Part shown: positions 10,831-24,317 of the stretch, piece after piece
How the letters are laid out: the number at the start of each line of letters is the position of its first letter
How positions within the stretch are numbered: the stretch's first letter is position 1
Made by a program: the position numbers and the translations under genes
Assembly (NCBI RefSeq): GCF_009914755.1
Contig: NC_060935.1
Direction: 5' to 3' (one strand)
Source of the DNA: the human T2T-CHM13v2.0 reference genome, Homo sapiens
DNA: 64,000 bases
The notes under the pieces: model-generated
The model's database searches: none
What the model saw: only the letters and a program-made list of their open reading frames with translations
What the model was told of the DNA's origin: nothing

Positions 10831-13800
10831 TAATTTCTTATTCATCTTTAGGAAGCATGCAAAAAAGTAAAATTTATCAAATGGTAAGAACTTTCATAGA
10901 GAATTTCCATCTTTTCTTAAGGTCAGTGAAAATGGTGAACTTTCAAATGCTTTTGCAATATTCACACAGATTTCAAATTGTTTTCATTGAAAAGAAACAT
11001 AAGAATCCAATGGTTATCTCCCAAGCCTAACTGTACTATTATCATCCACAGATGAGACATTAAGAATAACAATTACTACAGTAGAACTCCTTTTCTCTTA
11101 AGGGGAAAACAGGTCCCTAGAAGAATATTAAGGAAATGGACAGAAAACAGGGCTGCTGCTGTAGAGAATGAAATTATGAGCAATGACCATGACTGCCTGC
11201 CTCAGAAAACCACTGGTGTGGGAAGATTTGCACGTGTAAACAATGACGTGTGTGTCTGCATTAAATCTTCCTCATTCTATATATTCTAATGAGTCTTTAG
11301 CCTATAACAAAGTAAAGATTTTGTTTAATGAACACAGCATTCATTTTGACTAGAATTGTGAATCCAAATTGTGGTTTTGGAGGGCTTAATATTAGTAATG
11401 GAATTTTATACCATATAATTTAAATTATGTAACTGCATAGACATTTGCCTTTATTTTGTACATCCAGGTCCAGACTATGTAATATGTGGCTAAAATGACA
11501 CACTTAAAATACCAGAAATCTCTTATTCAACTTTTAGACCAAAAACACACACAGCACATTAATTGCATTATTTCCCTGTAAAATTTCATTTAAATATTAT
11601 TTTTGCTGAGATTTATTTTTCTATACTCTTAGAAGAAAGTCATAATGCACAGTTTCTAGTATGAGGCAGCACTTTATATCTAAAATAATATATTGAGCCA
11701 ATCTGTCCTGATAAGACCTCAAATGAGGATCCTGGCAACCACTGTAAGGTCAGTTGCACACTCCCTATTTTACATGTATTGGTGCTCGAACTGTTAAAGT
11801 GCTTAGCCAGATTGTTATTCATTCTCAGGAAATTAATACACGTTAATCCAAGTATAACCATAACAAACAGCCATCCTTAGAGGGCCTATTATGCTTGCAG
11901 CTTTGCATAACACTCCTTTTAAGTCATAAAACAATTCAAAAATTACATATTATAATTCCCACCTCATAGACTAGACAATTGAGAGCCAGGGAAATTAAAA
12001 GTATTGTTCAAAGGGCACAGCTACTACATTTGAGGAAGAAGATATTTGAAAACGTAACTTTAAAACTTGTAAAACCCAGTAGCTTTCTGGGCATAGGGTC
12101 CTCGGCAGATTCTGGTGGACAACTGCTTACTCACAAATGTCTTTCAGTGGGCACCAACCTGGGCCCTGACACCCACTGATGAAGTAAGTTTCCAGCTCTG
12201 TCATGGCCCTAATTCTTTGAAAAGTACATGAACAAATGCAGTGCTTCTTAACCAATCAGTTTAAAACAAATCAGTACTTAACCAAAATGCAGGGCCAACT
12301 CTGACTACTAAACCAAAGGTGTTAACCCCCAGGTGGGCCATAGGTTCCTAACAGTAGAGTTGCTGAAATGATTTGCCAGTATGAAAGATGATGACACCTT
12401 AGATGCCCCATTAACTCCAGATTTGCAAATGTTTAAGTGGAGGGGATGGGAGGACACATTTCAGACCAAAATTTTAAACAGATTCTCTCTCTTCACTTCT
12501 TTCCCTTTCTCTCTCTTAGGAAAGTTGCATGTATACATTAAGTGTGGAGGGCACAGGGAGGAGGTGACACTATCAAGGAGAGGAATGTGCTTTCAGACCT
12601 AATTAGAGCAGCACTGAAGAAATTTTGATGTCAACAAAAGATATATATATATATGTAGAAAATAAAATCTCCTCCAATTGGCAGACCCAACCTAGTTTCA
12701 AGGCTGGGGTTCCCATGTGAAGCCAGGAACTCAACTATAAAGTGAAAAAGCATCAAGTACATGTTTTTCCTCTTACTTTCTTTGTCATTGTGCTAAATTC
12801 CAGCTGAGCAGGAACTTAATATAACTTGAGTCATTCCATGTCTACAAATGCTGACTTAACTGTGGTAACGTAAAACAAAGCAAATAAGCAAACGAATGCA
12901 AAAAAAGTGCAGAGAACTATGAAAATATATGCACAAGCCTATGGGGATTTCAGGGAATAAAACCATCTTGCACAATTATTTTCATAGGTTGGTAAATTTA
13001 TTGCCTGATCTGTGTTCCAACAGGAAACATGTGCCCAGAAAAATAAATTAGAGAAGTGCTCAGCTGTAGGCTAGTTTAGTTAAGGAGTAATGAAAAGGAT
13101 AAGAATAGATGATGTGAGTGTAAGAACAGGCTCAGATGCTTTCAGCTGTGTGTTTCTGGTTTATATTATCACCTCTCTAATATAAATCTAACTCTACAGT
13201 TCTTTAATGACTCTCTGGGGACCACCACTCACAGGATTAAACACTAAGAAGGGACCCAGGAGAGTGCTGCCTTTCATCTCCTTTGGGATATGTCAGAGTT
13301 GTCGATCTTATTTTTTTTTAAATGGTATTCAAGCCAAGGTTACCTAAACTATGCTATAGAAAGGAAAAGAGGAAAGGAAGAGGGAGAGAGGGAGGAAGGG
13401 AAGAGAGAAAATGAATGTTGGAGTTTGTAACCCTGGAGGTCTAAACTGGCAGAAGTTTTATTTCAAGCTCTCAGGACCAATGTGCCTTCCTTTGACCCTT
13501 ACTCATAAAACGGCATCCAAAATACAGGAGTAGCCAGGCTATGTATACCTGTCCAGTTTGGATCCCAAACTGACTTTTGCCTGGCGTTCTGAGGCTTGTG
13601 TGAGTCACCTGTCTCATGCTGTTTGGCCATTAATGAAAGAGTTATAGCTTCTCTAGGCCTCAGTTTCCTTTTTTTATTGACTTGAGATCTCTGGAGAGTC
13701 TTCTGGCTCGAAAGTTATATGAGTCTATGATTCTGATAGAAGGCCCCAGAGAGGAATAGCGAAGGGGGAAGGGGAAAAGTTCTGTAAAAAAGGCCAGCTC

Positions 13801-14791
13801 CATGACTTTGGCAGCTATAGGGGAGGAGGGAAGGTGATCCTACAGGCGCTCAGACTTTCTAAGCATTTTCCACCTTCTGCTTTATTTTTTATATTGGCCT
13901 CTTTTTCCAAGACAAAGCTGGCACATGAGAAGTATTAGTGCTCAACACAACCTCTTCTTCAGCTGCTTTTTCTAAGTTACCACAGGACACTAGATTTCTT
14001 TCTTTTTCTGAGGAGCTGTGAACTGGTGATGTTGGAAAGGTTTCTGGCAAAACCCAAGCCACTGCTCTACAGTCTATACACAGCCTCTCTGTAATCCAAA
14101 GAAGTCCTCAGTTAGAAGGGGGTGGAGTTGGAGAGAAGTAGGTCCTCCTTGTTTCATTTTTAGCACTGGTGTGAACCCGGGTAATCTGAAGACCACATCT
14201 GGGCATATGTATGCAAGAGTGATTGTGGAAAGTACAGCCACTTCTCTCCACCAGCTTCCTTGCCCAAAAACCCACCCTTTCTCCCTCCACCCACGCACCA
14301 GCCAGAAGCCACCCTTCATCGCCTTGGTTTATTGTCATATTTTTGTGTTAATACATTCTGTTGATCTGCAATGTCAGGTTGGATAATGAAATTTAAATTG
14401 AGTCCCTTCGATTTCCAATAGCGAAACATTTGTGCATCTAACTCCGGGGCTGACAAACAACTTAAATGCATTCTGGAGTGTCAGTCACACAGCACTGGCA
14501 CCCGACACTGCAGCGGCTTTCTTGGGGAGCTTTTTTTTTTTTTCCTGGTGAACATTTGCAAAGGCGTCTGCCCAGGATGCAGTCAACCTGCATCCTTATA
14601 GCAAACTGGCTTATCAGAGAGCAGAGACTGATGAAGCAAATGCGTGGGCCACCCATTCCCTTATTTTCTGGCCCCCAATAGCCAGTTCTTTAAAAAAAAA
14701 CACCAAAGGGGGAGAGAGGATAAAGAGACCAAGAACACCAAATTAACTGACATTTTCTTCACCAATAAATAAGAAAATAAGGGTCACTCAC

Positions 14792-15560
14792 TGTATTTCA
14801 GACTGATCACAGCAACATCCAGATGGAAATCCAGGTGGTTAAGAACAAGAGAAAACGCATGATCTTGATACCAAAAGGAATAAAAATTTAAAAAAAAGGA
14901 GGTTGATGAAGAAAAATCCAACTGCAATTATCCGTCAATTTTAGTCAACATAGGCACAAATCCAACTGTGCTCTGCTGGTTTCTCTCCCCCAATCAATGC
15001 CTCAATCTGCCGCGGTCAACTTTTCTTCTCTGAAATTTCTTTGCAGATGTATTATTAATTTCCTCTCCTCTTGTGGGAAATTCAAAAAGAAAAGAAAACA
15101 CCACCACACCAGTTCTTTACTTTACTAAAAAAGCCCCAAACTTTTCATTCCAAAAATATCTCCTTGGCTCACTTTCTCCTTTATAGAGAAAAATGAACAT
15201 ACTTTTTTCTTTGTGAATCCTCGGTTCTTCATTTCCAATCATCCTTTTTTTTGGGGGGGGGGAGGGGAACAGCTGCTTTAAGATTATTTATTTATGTCAG
15301 AACACACCAACCCCCGCGGGTCTAACTCTGGTTTATTTCATTCTTGAATGCTCCCTGTGTGCACATATACACATTTGTGTTAAGATCCAGGGCTCACAAG
15401 AAAAAGCTTCGTTCTTCCTTCTCTCTTGCACAATCAGTTTATCCATTGCGTTCGGTTCCAGGAGAAAGCTGCGTCCTGCATCCTTCATTTTTGCAAGGCA
15501 CCCAACAGCCACCACCACCAAAAAAAAAAGTCTCCTTTTACATGGTCAATTCCTCTCCCC
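14792..15560 (-). other. LRRC4C: Non-coding first exon (5' UTR) of an internal-promoter LRRC4C isoform; minimum extent, may begin as far upstream as ~16.7 kb
   Basis: Recognised cDNA leader. It ends at GAAATACA|GTGAGT (intron GT at 14791-14790), where the remembered cDNA leaves this genomic sequence. Repeat-free. Confidence 0.88.
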
Positions 15561-16720
15561 AGCCTCCCCTTCGAAGAATTTGGGGAGCAACTTCCCCCCC
15601 ACTCTCCATCCTTCCGGCCGGCCCCTTCGCCAAAGATCTGATTAGATTTCTCATCACAACCCAGTGCGCAATTGAATTTTTGATTTCAGCCACCCGGCCA
15701 GCCACCTTCCCCTCTCCCCTCCAAACTCCGGTTATATCCTGTCTCCTTCCCTCCACCGCCTCTGCAATTTCATAATCTCACGTTAAATGGAGTGCGGGGG
15801 GCGGGGGCGGGGGCGGGGGCGGAGGTAGTGGAGGAAAATTTCAAGGCTCCGTCAGCTGTCAAGAAGAAACCCATTCCTCCCCCCGCTACTTTTTTTTTTT
15901 CTTTTTAAGGCTCGGGGTGCCTTTCCTTCCTCTGTCCCCGCCCCCACCCCCAGCACCCGGTCCAGATCCTCCAGGTGTTGCAGAACTCCGCGGTCGGGGC
16001 CGGGATCACGGGGGAGACGCAGGATGCGGTCCCTCGCCGGTGGCCCCTGCCAGCCCCCGGGTCCCCTTCTCCTCCATCAGCCGGTAGTGGCTCCGGGAGC
16101 GCCGAGGTGATGGAAGTTGAGACTGGGGCTTTTATTTCAAATGGGGAGGGCGAAGTGAGGGGACAGACAGGGTGGTAGGCAAATTAAAAAAAACACACAC
16201 GAAAAAAGAAAGAAAAAAAGAAAAAGAAGAAAAAAAGAAAAAGGAAGAAAACGGGTAAAAAAAAAATTCCCTAATCGCTGGCTCTTCTCATCCTTCTCAA
16301 ATGCAACTGCAGCTTTGATCTCATTTCCAGCTGCGTTGGGTACATTTTGGAGCCACAAGTTGGTTCCCGTTGGCGCAGACCTTCCCGATGTCTGCTAGTC
16401 CTCTGCGAGGAGACGCGTTCTCGGGAGCGCAGCTGCTCCGCGCCGCCCTTAGCGCCATCGCCCTGGCTCACGGCTCCCTGCGCGGCAGAAACCCCAGTCC
16501 CCTTCCATCCACTTCGGTTTGAACTCTCTTCCTCCCCCTCCCTCTGCTCTCTCCCCTCTTTTTCTCCCAAATAAATGCTCTCCCAGCACCGGCGGCAGCT
16601 CTTGCCAGCCCAGGCTTTCTCTCGACCAATGCCACGTCCTGACGCTTAGGGTCCTAGCTTCCAAAAGCTCCTTTCGGACTGCAGTCGCCTTCCCTCCTCT
16701 GCCCCTCTTTCTTTCCCCTT
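15560..16720 (-). promoter_or_regulatory. LRRC4C: CpG island / GC-rich internal promoter of LRRC4C
   Basis: Dense CpGs (15600-16110, 16370-16690) against an AT-rich, CpG-poor background. GC boxes; CCAAT/ATTGG near 16625, 16792 and 16833; no interspersed repeats. Confidence 0.85.
15794..15825 (+). promoter_or_regulatory. (GGGGGC)n array: tandem GC-box/EGR-type sites and potential G-quadruplex
   Basis: gcggggggcgggggcgggggcgggggcggagg: four G runs of 5-6 separated by single C. Confidence 0.7.
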
Positions 16721-16856
16721 TTCCTTTCCCTTTCTCTGCTTGTGATCAGTAAAATACAATTACCCAATTACCTCCCATCATCTTAGCACTGATTGGTCAA
16801 TTGCATTAACACTTGAAGTCAGGGAAGAGGGGATTGGAGCTTCAGAGATGTGGCTC

Positions 16857-16876
16857 TGCTGCCACCTGGAGGGCAG
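16857..16876 (-). promoter_or_regulatory. CTCF core motif just upstream of the promoter
   Basis: Minus strand CTGCCCTCCAGGTGGCAGCA closely fits the CTCF core CCASYAGRKGGCRS. Confidence 0.6.
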
Positions 16877-17146
16877 AGCCAGAACAGCTGAGTCTAAAAG
16901 CAACCCCCACGCTGGGAGGTTCAGGCTGTGTGGGAGAAGTCAGTTTTTTCAAAAAGCTTGCCTGTTTTCATCCAGAAATCCAGGAGTTTTGAGCTACAAA
17001 GAGGAAGACATTAAAATCAAATCACCACTAAGATTCAAAATTATCACCAAACACACAAAGCTGTTGCTTTCAGGTTGCAGGTTAAGAGCCTCTCCCAGTC
17101 AAGCACACTGGTCCCAAGCTGAGGATTAACACAGTACTATTGCTTA

Positions 17147-17536
<390 letters not shown>

Positions 17537-20299
17537 TTACCAGGAGGAAGCAACTGTAAAGGCGAGATAGTAGCCTTCAGCCTATGCAGTGTTGCAGTAA
17601 ATTGGCCTGTTCAGTTTGTACAAGACATCCAGGACAGCTTGACAACTCAATTCCAACATCCCCTGCTCCAGGATGTGGACTTTTCCATTAACTCGTGTTA
17701 GAGAAATAGTTGGCACATTTCAAATTCACTGGGTCTCCTTAGAGGGACTGGGCCAACAAAATAATGCTATTAATATTATGTTTACATTGGTTTCTTTCTC
17801 CAATGTATAATTTTCATAAGGCCCTTTCAGTTAATCTATGGGCATTCACTTTATGTCATTTATGTATGTAACCTTGAGATAGGAATCAATAAAATTAGGA
17901 ATGATAATTTAAACAGTACTATATATATATATATGGAATAGATTAAATAAATGTTCCTCTGTTTTGTATGCCCTAAGTGATGATCTTTGCACTGATTTTC
18001 TTTATTTTTGAGAGAACAGAATATGTACTTGGTTTAAAAACAGTTTTAAAGAAAGTGAGTAAATCATAACGGAAGGTAGCATCAAACAGAAAGGAGAAAA
18101 GATTTATTAAGAGAACATCAGAGACATATCTAAGTTTATACAAAATGCTATTTTTTTCCTCTTCTGTTCCCATTATACTCCACGGTATTTCCTTGTTTGA
18201 GTTAAAAAAATTTCATCTGTAATGTTCTTTGCATACTGAGAGCATGCTGTAACGTGCATCTCAGATGTCAGTACATGCAAGAGGAAAGACTTTTCCTTAC
18301 ACATGGATTGTGATTTATTGTAATTTCCCCATCTTTTTGGAGAGCTTTGATGTTATGAATTACATGAAAATGTGAATTTCTCGAGGGTTAATGGCATTGC
18401 TTCTATTTTTAAGTGAATGCTGTATTGATTGATTCAAAACACTAGTGGGCAGTTGACTTTAATTTGTGTTTTGAAGCTCTTACCCTTATATGCTAATTAT
18501 AGTTTATCCACTAATAAACGATTAAAAAGTACATTCACTAGCTGCACTAGATAGCTTCAAAGGAGTCTATCCTCTGATTCTGAAGTAAGCTAGAAGCCAT
18601 TTGAAATGAAAATTTTCTTTTTAGGGATTTTGACAGCAAAGGAAGGCCAATGATTTGTTTTTTTCAGAGCTGATTATTAGCTCTCTACCAGACATCTTTA
18701 ATACTATCAGAATGAATTAATCTATTAGGCAAAGCAGCAGGGACAGGTAAGTGCTATTTGGCCAAAATGGAAAAAGGAACAGCTTCTCTTTCCTGTTAAC
18801 CTTCCCCTTCAGCAGCTACAGTATCTTTACCCACATCATTGACTCATTCACACTATATGACCTTGAATTCGTCACATGGCTTTCATTTTTAGATTTAGAT
18901 TGAACCAGTCATTATTGAGCATCCATATGGCATGGTTTTTTGTTACACTTTTCTCATATATATCACCTTATTTAGTACTCAAAACAACACCCTGAGAGAT
19001 TTTGAAGATGGAAAAAATGAAGCTTAAAATCACAAACTTGGTAAATGACACAGCCAAAATTTGAACCCAGATCTACTCAATGCCAGTTCTTCCAGTTTTG
19101 CGATAACATTAAGGTTTTGGTAACATGGGGAACAGCTGTATATCAATTATCAGCATGCAGGCTGTCATTTTCTGCCCTGAATGCCAGGCATGAATTTGTA
19201 ACCCTTTCAGAGGATGGCAATACCACATTTGTCACTGAATGACCTCACCCAAAAAGAATTGGAATAAGTAGTAAACAAGCTAACTGTCATGAAAGTACAC
19301 ATGCAAACCAAATTGTTGCTGAAAAAAAACATAATTATAGATATTTATGCAGTAGAGGTTGCCAGGTACTATTAACAATGACAGAGTATGTGTTCAAGTA
19401 AAAATTTCTATAAAAGCTCTTTCAGAAGAAATAATATTACACCACCACCCTTCCCATTAGCCCATCTAGTTACCAAAAGCATGGAGAGGACAAAATGCTT
19501 ATTGAAATGACATGACTTGGGAGAAGAGGAGGCACAGTGCTAGCATGCTAGATTTGTTCTACGGACATGCAGATTTCTACTTTTGTTCTTCTCTGATTTG
19601 TAGATGTGAGACATTAAACAAAACTGTTATCTTATTTCACTGTATGTTCGTGACTATAGCTGGTGTAATCATTAGCAAACAGCAGGGGACAGCATCTTGT
19701 AATCAGAAATACAAAATAGCAAATAGAACAAATTCAGTAACTTTGCTTAAAAATAAAAAAGTGAATGTGTCTATTGTGTTTATTAATTGGATTTAACAAG
19801 CTGTAGGCAACTCTATTGAAGCACAATACATACTTAAAGTTTGTGTCTTTATGCTGTGTTATAAATCCTGGAAATAAATATTCTCTTTTCACTTCCAATA
19901 GTATTACATAGGGACCAGAATATCCTCCGGGATAATCGTATCAAGCTTGCCTGTATAGTCACACGTAATGACATGTGAATTAATTTCATTAAAACAACTT
20001 ATTTTTTCAAAACTACTTTGAATTTAAAATTCAATACTCAGCAGGAGTTTACTAAACATGTTACATTAGATAATATTCTATAGATATTGTATTTTGGAAC
20101 TAGATGATATCCTAATAATCCTCTATTCTTTATTTCTTGAAATATAGATAGAAGATCCTAAAGTCCTAAATACTGATGTGCAAATTTCTGCTTTTTTTTC
20201 AAGGTCCCCCCCCGACCCATGATGGCTACTCCTCCACTCAGCCCTCATCCCATATAGTCTTATTTTTTGTTCTCTCATACTTTTTAACATTTGTTTTAA

Positions 20300-20510
20300 T
20301 AACTAGCATTTAATGAAAGCTTGCGAGTGCCAAGCCTGTCTCTATGTATGTTACAGATTTCAACTCATGTAATCCTTCCAACAATCTTATGAAGTAGGTG
20401 CCATTGATGAAATTGGACTTGAGGTTAAATAAGGGAACCTAGCTAGGAAGTGATAGAGGCAAGATTGTAACTCAGGTTATTTCATCTCAGAGGTTGTGGT
20501 TATAATACAT
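20300..20510 (-). mobile_element. MIR SINE
   Basis: aatccttccaacaatcttatgaagtagg...agctaggaagtgatagag. Confidence 0.6.
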
Positions 20511-20829
20511 ATTTCCTACTATTACTTATTGTGATGGATAGAAATGATTTGCTCATGTCTATGTCCCCCCCAACCTCCAAACCATAATTGATTTCACAAG
20601 AGCATTGTCTGTATTTCTAATGCTTTGTACACCGTTGAGTGAATAAACGTCTAAGATAATGCTCTTAGGAAATGGAAAGACCTACATTTTTTGGTCTCTT
20701 ACCGACTATTCTTTTCACTGTGGTGCACAAAATTGTAAAAAGATGAGATACTTGTCATAATTATTAAAATAGAAAAGCTAAGAGAAGATGCCACCAAATA
20801 AGATGATTTCAGCAATGAAGTATAACTTT

Positions 20830-21690
20830 TGAATCAGTTAGCAATGAGTGCATAATAAACCATTTGAAATCTTAATAGCTGAAAACAACAATCATTTATT
20901 ATTTCTCATGACTCTAAAGGCTGGTCAGAAATTGGTTAAGTGGCTCTTTTTGATCTTTTTGATCTAGTGGCTGAGTTAACTGCTTGCTGATCTAGAATGG
21001 TCTCAGCTATAGTCACTGGTGCAACTGGGCTCCACCCCACATGCATCTCTCTCTCTCTTCTTCAGCTTGGACCAAACATATTTCTTGGCAATGGCAGAAA
21101 TCCAATAGAGCAAGCAGAAGATCATGAGTACCTTTTCAGGCTTCTGTGTGAATAGTATCAGCTAACTTCCCACTGGCCAAAGAAAATCACTTAGTTGAGC
21201 CCATTGTCAGGGAATAGGGCAGGTCATTCCACCTTCAAGGGGAAGTGTATTAGTCTGTTTTCACATTGCTATAAAGATATACCCAAGACAGGCTAATTTA
21301 TAAAGAAAATAGGTTTAATTGACTCACAGTTCCACATGGCTGGGGAGGCCTCAGGAAACTTACAATTATGGCAGAAGGGGAAGAAGCATGTCTTACATGG
21401 TGGCAGGTGGCAGAAAGCTAGCAAGAGCAGGGAAAACTGTCTTACAAAATCAGCAGATCTCCTGAGAACTCATTCACTATTTTGAAAAGAGCATGGGGGG
21501 AAATGCTCCCATGATGCAATCACCTCCCATGAGGTCCCTCCCCCAACACATGGCAATTACAATTTGGATTACAATTCAAGATGAGATTTGGGTGGGGATG
21601 CAGAGCCAGACCATATCAGGAGGTTACTGCAAAGTTGTATAAAACGAAAGCAAGTGGAGAATCAGAGTGATCATTGCAATCAACTACAAC
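20830..21690 (-). mobile_element. Old MLT1-type LTR split by a THE1 insertion
   Basis: aaaacaacaatcatttattatttctcatgactct...ccactggccaaagaaaatcac; resumes after 21618. Confidence 0.55.
21246..21618 (-). mobile_element. THE1 (THE1D-like) solo LTR
   Basis: tgtattagtctgttttcac...ccatatca; 5-bp TSD ggaag/ggagg. Confidence 0.9.
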
Positions 21691-22516
21691 TTCTCTCCCT
21701 TATGAATAACAAAGGTCCTTAGTGATTACTGGGGTTTGCTGGAAAGAAAATGTCCACATTAGTGACCATCTAATCAGTCACTTATTTAAACATATGCATA
21801 ATGATCCTCAATTACGTGCCAAGCATTATGGAAGTCATCACTAACTCCTCTGTCACCTTTACTTTCCTGATAGCACCTGTTGATGCTGTCTCAGGAATGG
21901 CTCACAGATGTGTGCCAAAGAGAGTGTACCTATTTCTCTTTATTACTTTAGAGAGACCACTATCAGATTCCTGCGTGGACTCTGCCACTCACCTTTCTTG
22001 TTACCCATTCTAGCTCCTCTCTAGTACCAGCTAGCTTGTGAAAAAGGAAAGTAGATGAGAGAAAAGTTTAAATGAACAAACATTAAAAGGAAAATCTGTT
22101 CCATATGTACAATGACAAGATACCACAACATTGAACAAAACTATTTGTAATGCATAGGAAAAGATTCATAGTTTAAATACAAAAATAGTTCTTGAAATAG
22201 CTAACATGAATGGGAAAAATATTTGAAGAGCCAATTAAATGAAGAACTAGTTATTTTAACATGTATTGGGACCTATGTTGCTTAACACAGTGCCTGGTCC
22301 TTTGACCTCTTAATAAATTTTGATTGACTAGATGAATGAACTGTCCACTTGGTTGGGGGAAGAATGTGGATAGATAGTAGCTATGCTAATTACAATCAAT
22401 GGTGAGATAATATGGTCAGAATTTTACAGAAGTGTAAAGAGCTGGGGATGGAAGACAGAGGAGACAGTAGCTACCTCAATGTGGGGCCAGACCAAGAGGA
22501 TTTCACAAATAGAAAC

Positions 22517-22914
22517 TGTATTAGGCTGTCCTTGCATTGCTATACCAAATACTTGACACTGGGTAATTGATAAGAAAACAGGTTGAATTGGCTCATGGTT
22601 CTGCTCTACAGGAAGCATGGTAGCATATGCTTCTGGGGAGGCCTCAGGGAGCTTCTACTCATGGTGGAAGGCAATGTGCGAGCATGGTGGGAGCAGGAGT
22701 AAGAGAGAGAGAAAGGGGAGGTGCTACTGACTTTTAAATGACAAGATTTCACAAGAACTCACTAACGTGAGGAGAGTACCAAAGGGGAGGTGCTAAACCA
22801 TTCATGAGAAATCTGCCTACATGATCCAGTCATGTCCCTCCTGGCCCCACCTCCAACATTAGGGATTACAATTTGACATGAGACTCCACAGGGACACAGA
22901 TCCAAACCATATCA
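22517..22914 (-). mobile_element. MST (MSTA-like) solo LTR
   Basis: tgtattaggc...aaaccatatca; perfect 5-bp TSD gaaac. Confidence 0.9.
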
Positions 22915-23142
22915 GAAACGCTAATGTGTTCAAGGCTTCATGAACGTGGATGTAGTTGATGATTACAGAATTGCCCATTTGGCAGCCAGAGGACAAAGAA
23001 CAAAATGCATTCTAAGAAAAAATAATTTGTTACCCAAAGATTAACAGAGTTAAAGCTTAACTAACTTACAAACTCAGCTATGGTTGAAGTGATCAACTAT
23101 TAGATGCCATGTACAGATCCAAAGAGTCCAGCTTTTGAAATA

Positions 23143-23630
23143 CAGTCATTCCTCTGTATCTGTGGGCAATTGATTCCAGGATCCCAGCAGACTGCAAAAT
23201 CTGAGGATGCTCGATCCCTTATATAAAATAGTACAGCATTTGCATGTAATCTGTGGATAGCCTCACATACATTTTAAATCGTATCTAGATTACTTACCTA
23301 ATACAATCCTAATACAATGCCTACACATCACTTCATTCTTCAGGATTCAATGTAATACCCAGCACTTGGCAAATTCAAGGTTTGCTTTTTGAAATTCTGT
23401 GAAGTTTTTATTTCTTAAGAGGCAGAGTCTAGCTCTGTTGCTCAGGCTAGAATGCAGTGGTACAATCCTGGCTCACTACAGCCTGGAACTCCCGGGCTCA
23501 AGCGATTCTCTCACGTCAGTCTCCAGAAGAGCTAGGACAGGTGTGAGCACTGTACCAGGCTCTCTGGAAGGTTTCTGATCTGTGATTGGTTGAATCCACA
23601 GATGGGAAACCCACAGATATGGAGGGTTAC
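23143..23630 (+). mobile_element. MER2/MER2B Tigger-family DNA transposon interrupted by an Alu monomer
   Basis: cagtcattcctctgtatctgtggg...gattccaggatccc start; ggttgaatccacagatgggaaacccacagatatggagg end. Confidence 0.8.
23412..23560 (-). mobile_element. Alu monomer (FLAM/old AluJ-type)
   Basis: Single ~145-bp Alu arm. Confidence 0.8.
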
Positions 23631-24163
23631 CCATTGATAATCTTCCTAGGAGGATATCAATCACTAAAGAAGCTTGGGAAGGAAGGGCATTGGCGAAGGG
23701 GAGCATGTTGACAGACAATTCTCCCTTTTTCAGACCACATGAGGCAACATGACAAATTTGAGGAGTGACTTAAAGTAATAAGAAGAAAGCTGAAAGAAAC
23801 AACGGTATGACAATTTGGCAACCACTTCTGAATGGCCTTCAACTCAGTTATCTTTTACATATCCTTTCTAAATAGTGACCCAATCACTTTAAAAACACAA
23901 TCTCCTTTATTAAATGTTTCTAAGGGAGAAGGTATGTGTGCATAGATACTATGTGGTAGTATTTTTGTACTGTCTAAATTAGGAATCTTTGCACTGGGAA
24001 GAAAATTGCCCATAAAGGTATCTTTAAAACTTCACCAGGAATTAGGAGATGGTGTGAATCCAGTTGTGTAGTTTGGGAAGACAGCTGCATTTTATACAGC
24101 TAAATCAGCACTTGATACTAAACAATTCCTAAAGAATGTCACTTTATTTTAGCATCAGCCATG

Positions 24164-24317
24164 CAGTGCAGATTCAAGAAATGATAGCCTTGTTTTCCCC
24201 ACCGCATTACTATTGTGCTTTCAGAAGATGAAGGCATAGACAGTGCAGATTCAAGAAATGATAGCCTTGTTTTCCCCACCACATTACTATTGTGCTTTCA
24301 GAAGATGAAGGCATAGA
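24164..24317 (+). repeat. Tandem duplication, 77-bp period, 2 copies
   Basis: cagtgcagattcaag...gaaggcataga at 24164 and 24241, one mismatch (accgca/accaca). Confidence 0.95.

Noticed and set aside
16625-16636. CCAAT-G-CCACGT as an ER-stress element
   Set aside because: Spacing and orientation fit neither ERSE (CCAAT-N9-CCACG) nor ERSE-II (ATTGG-N-CCACG)
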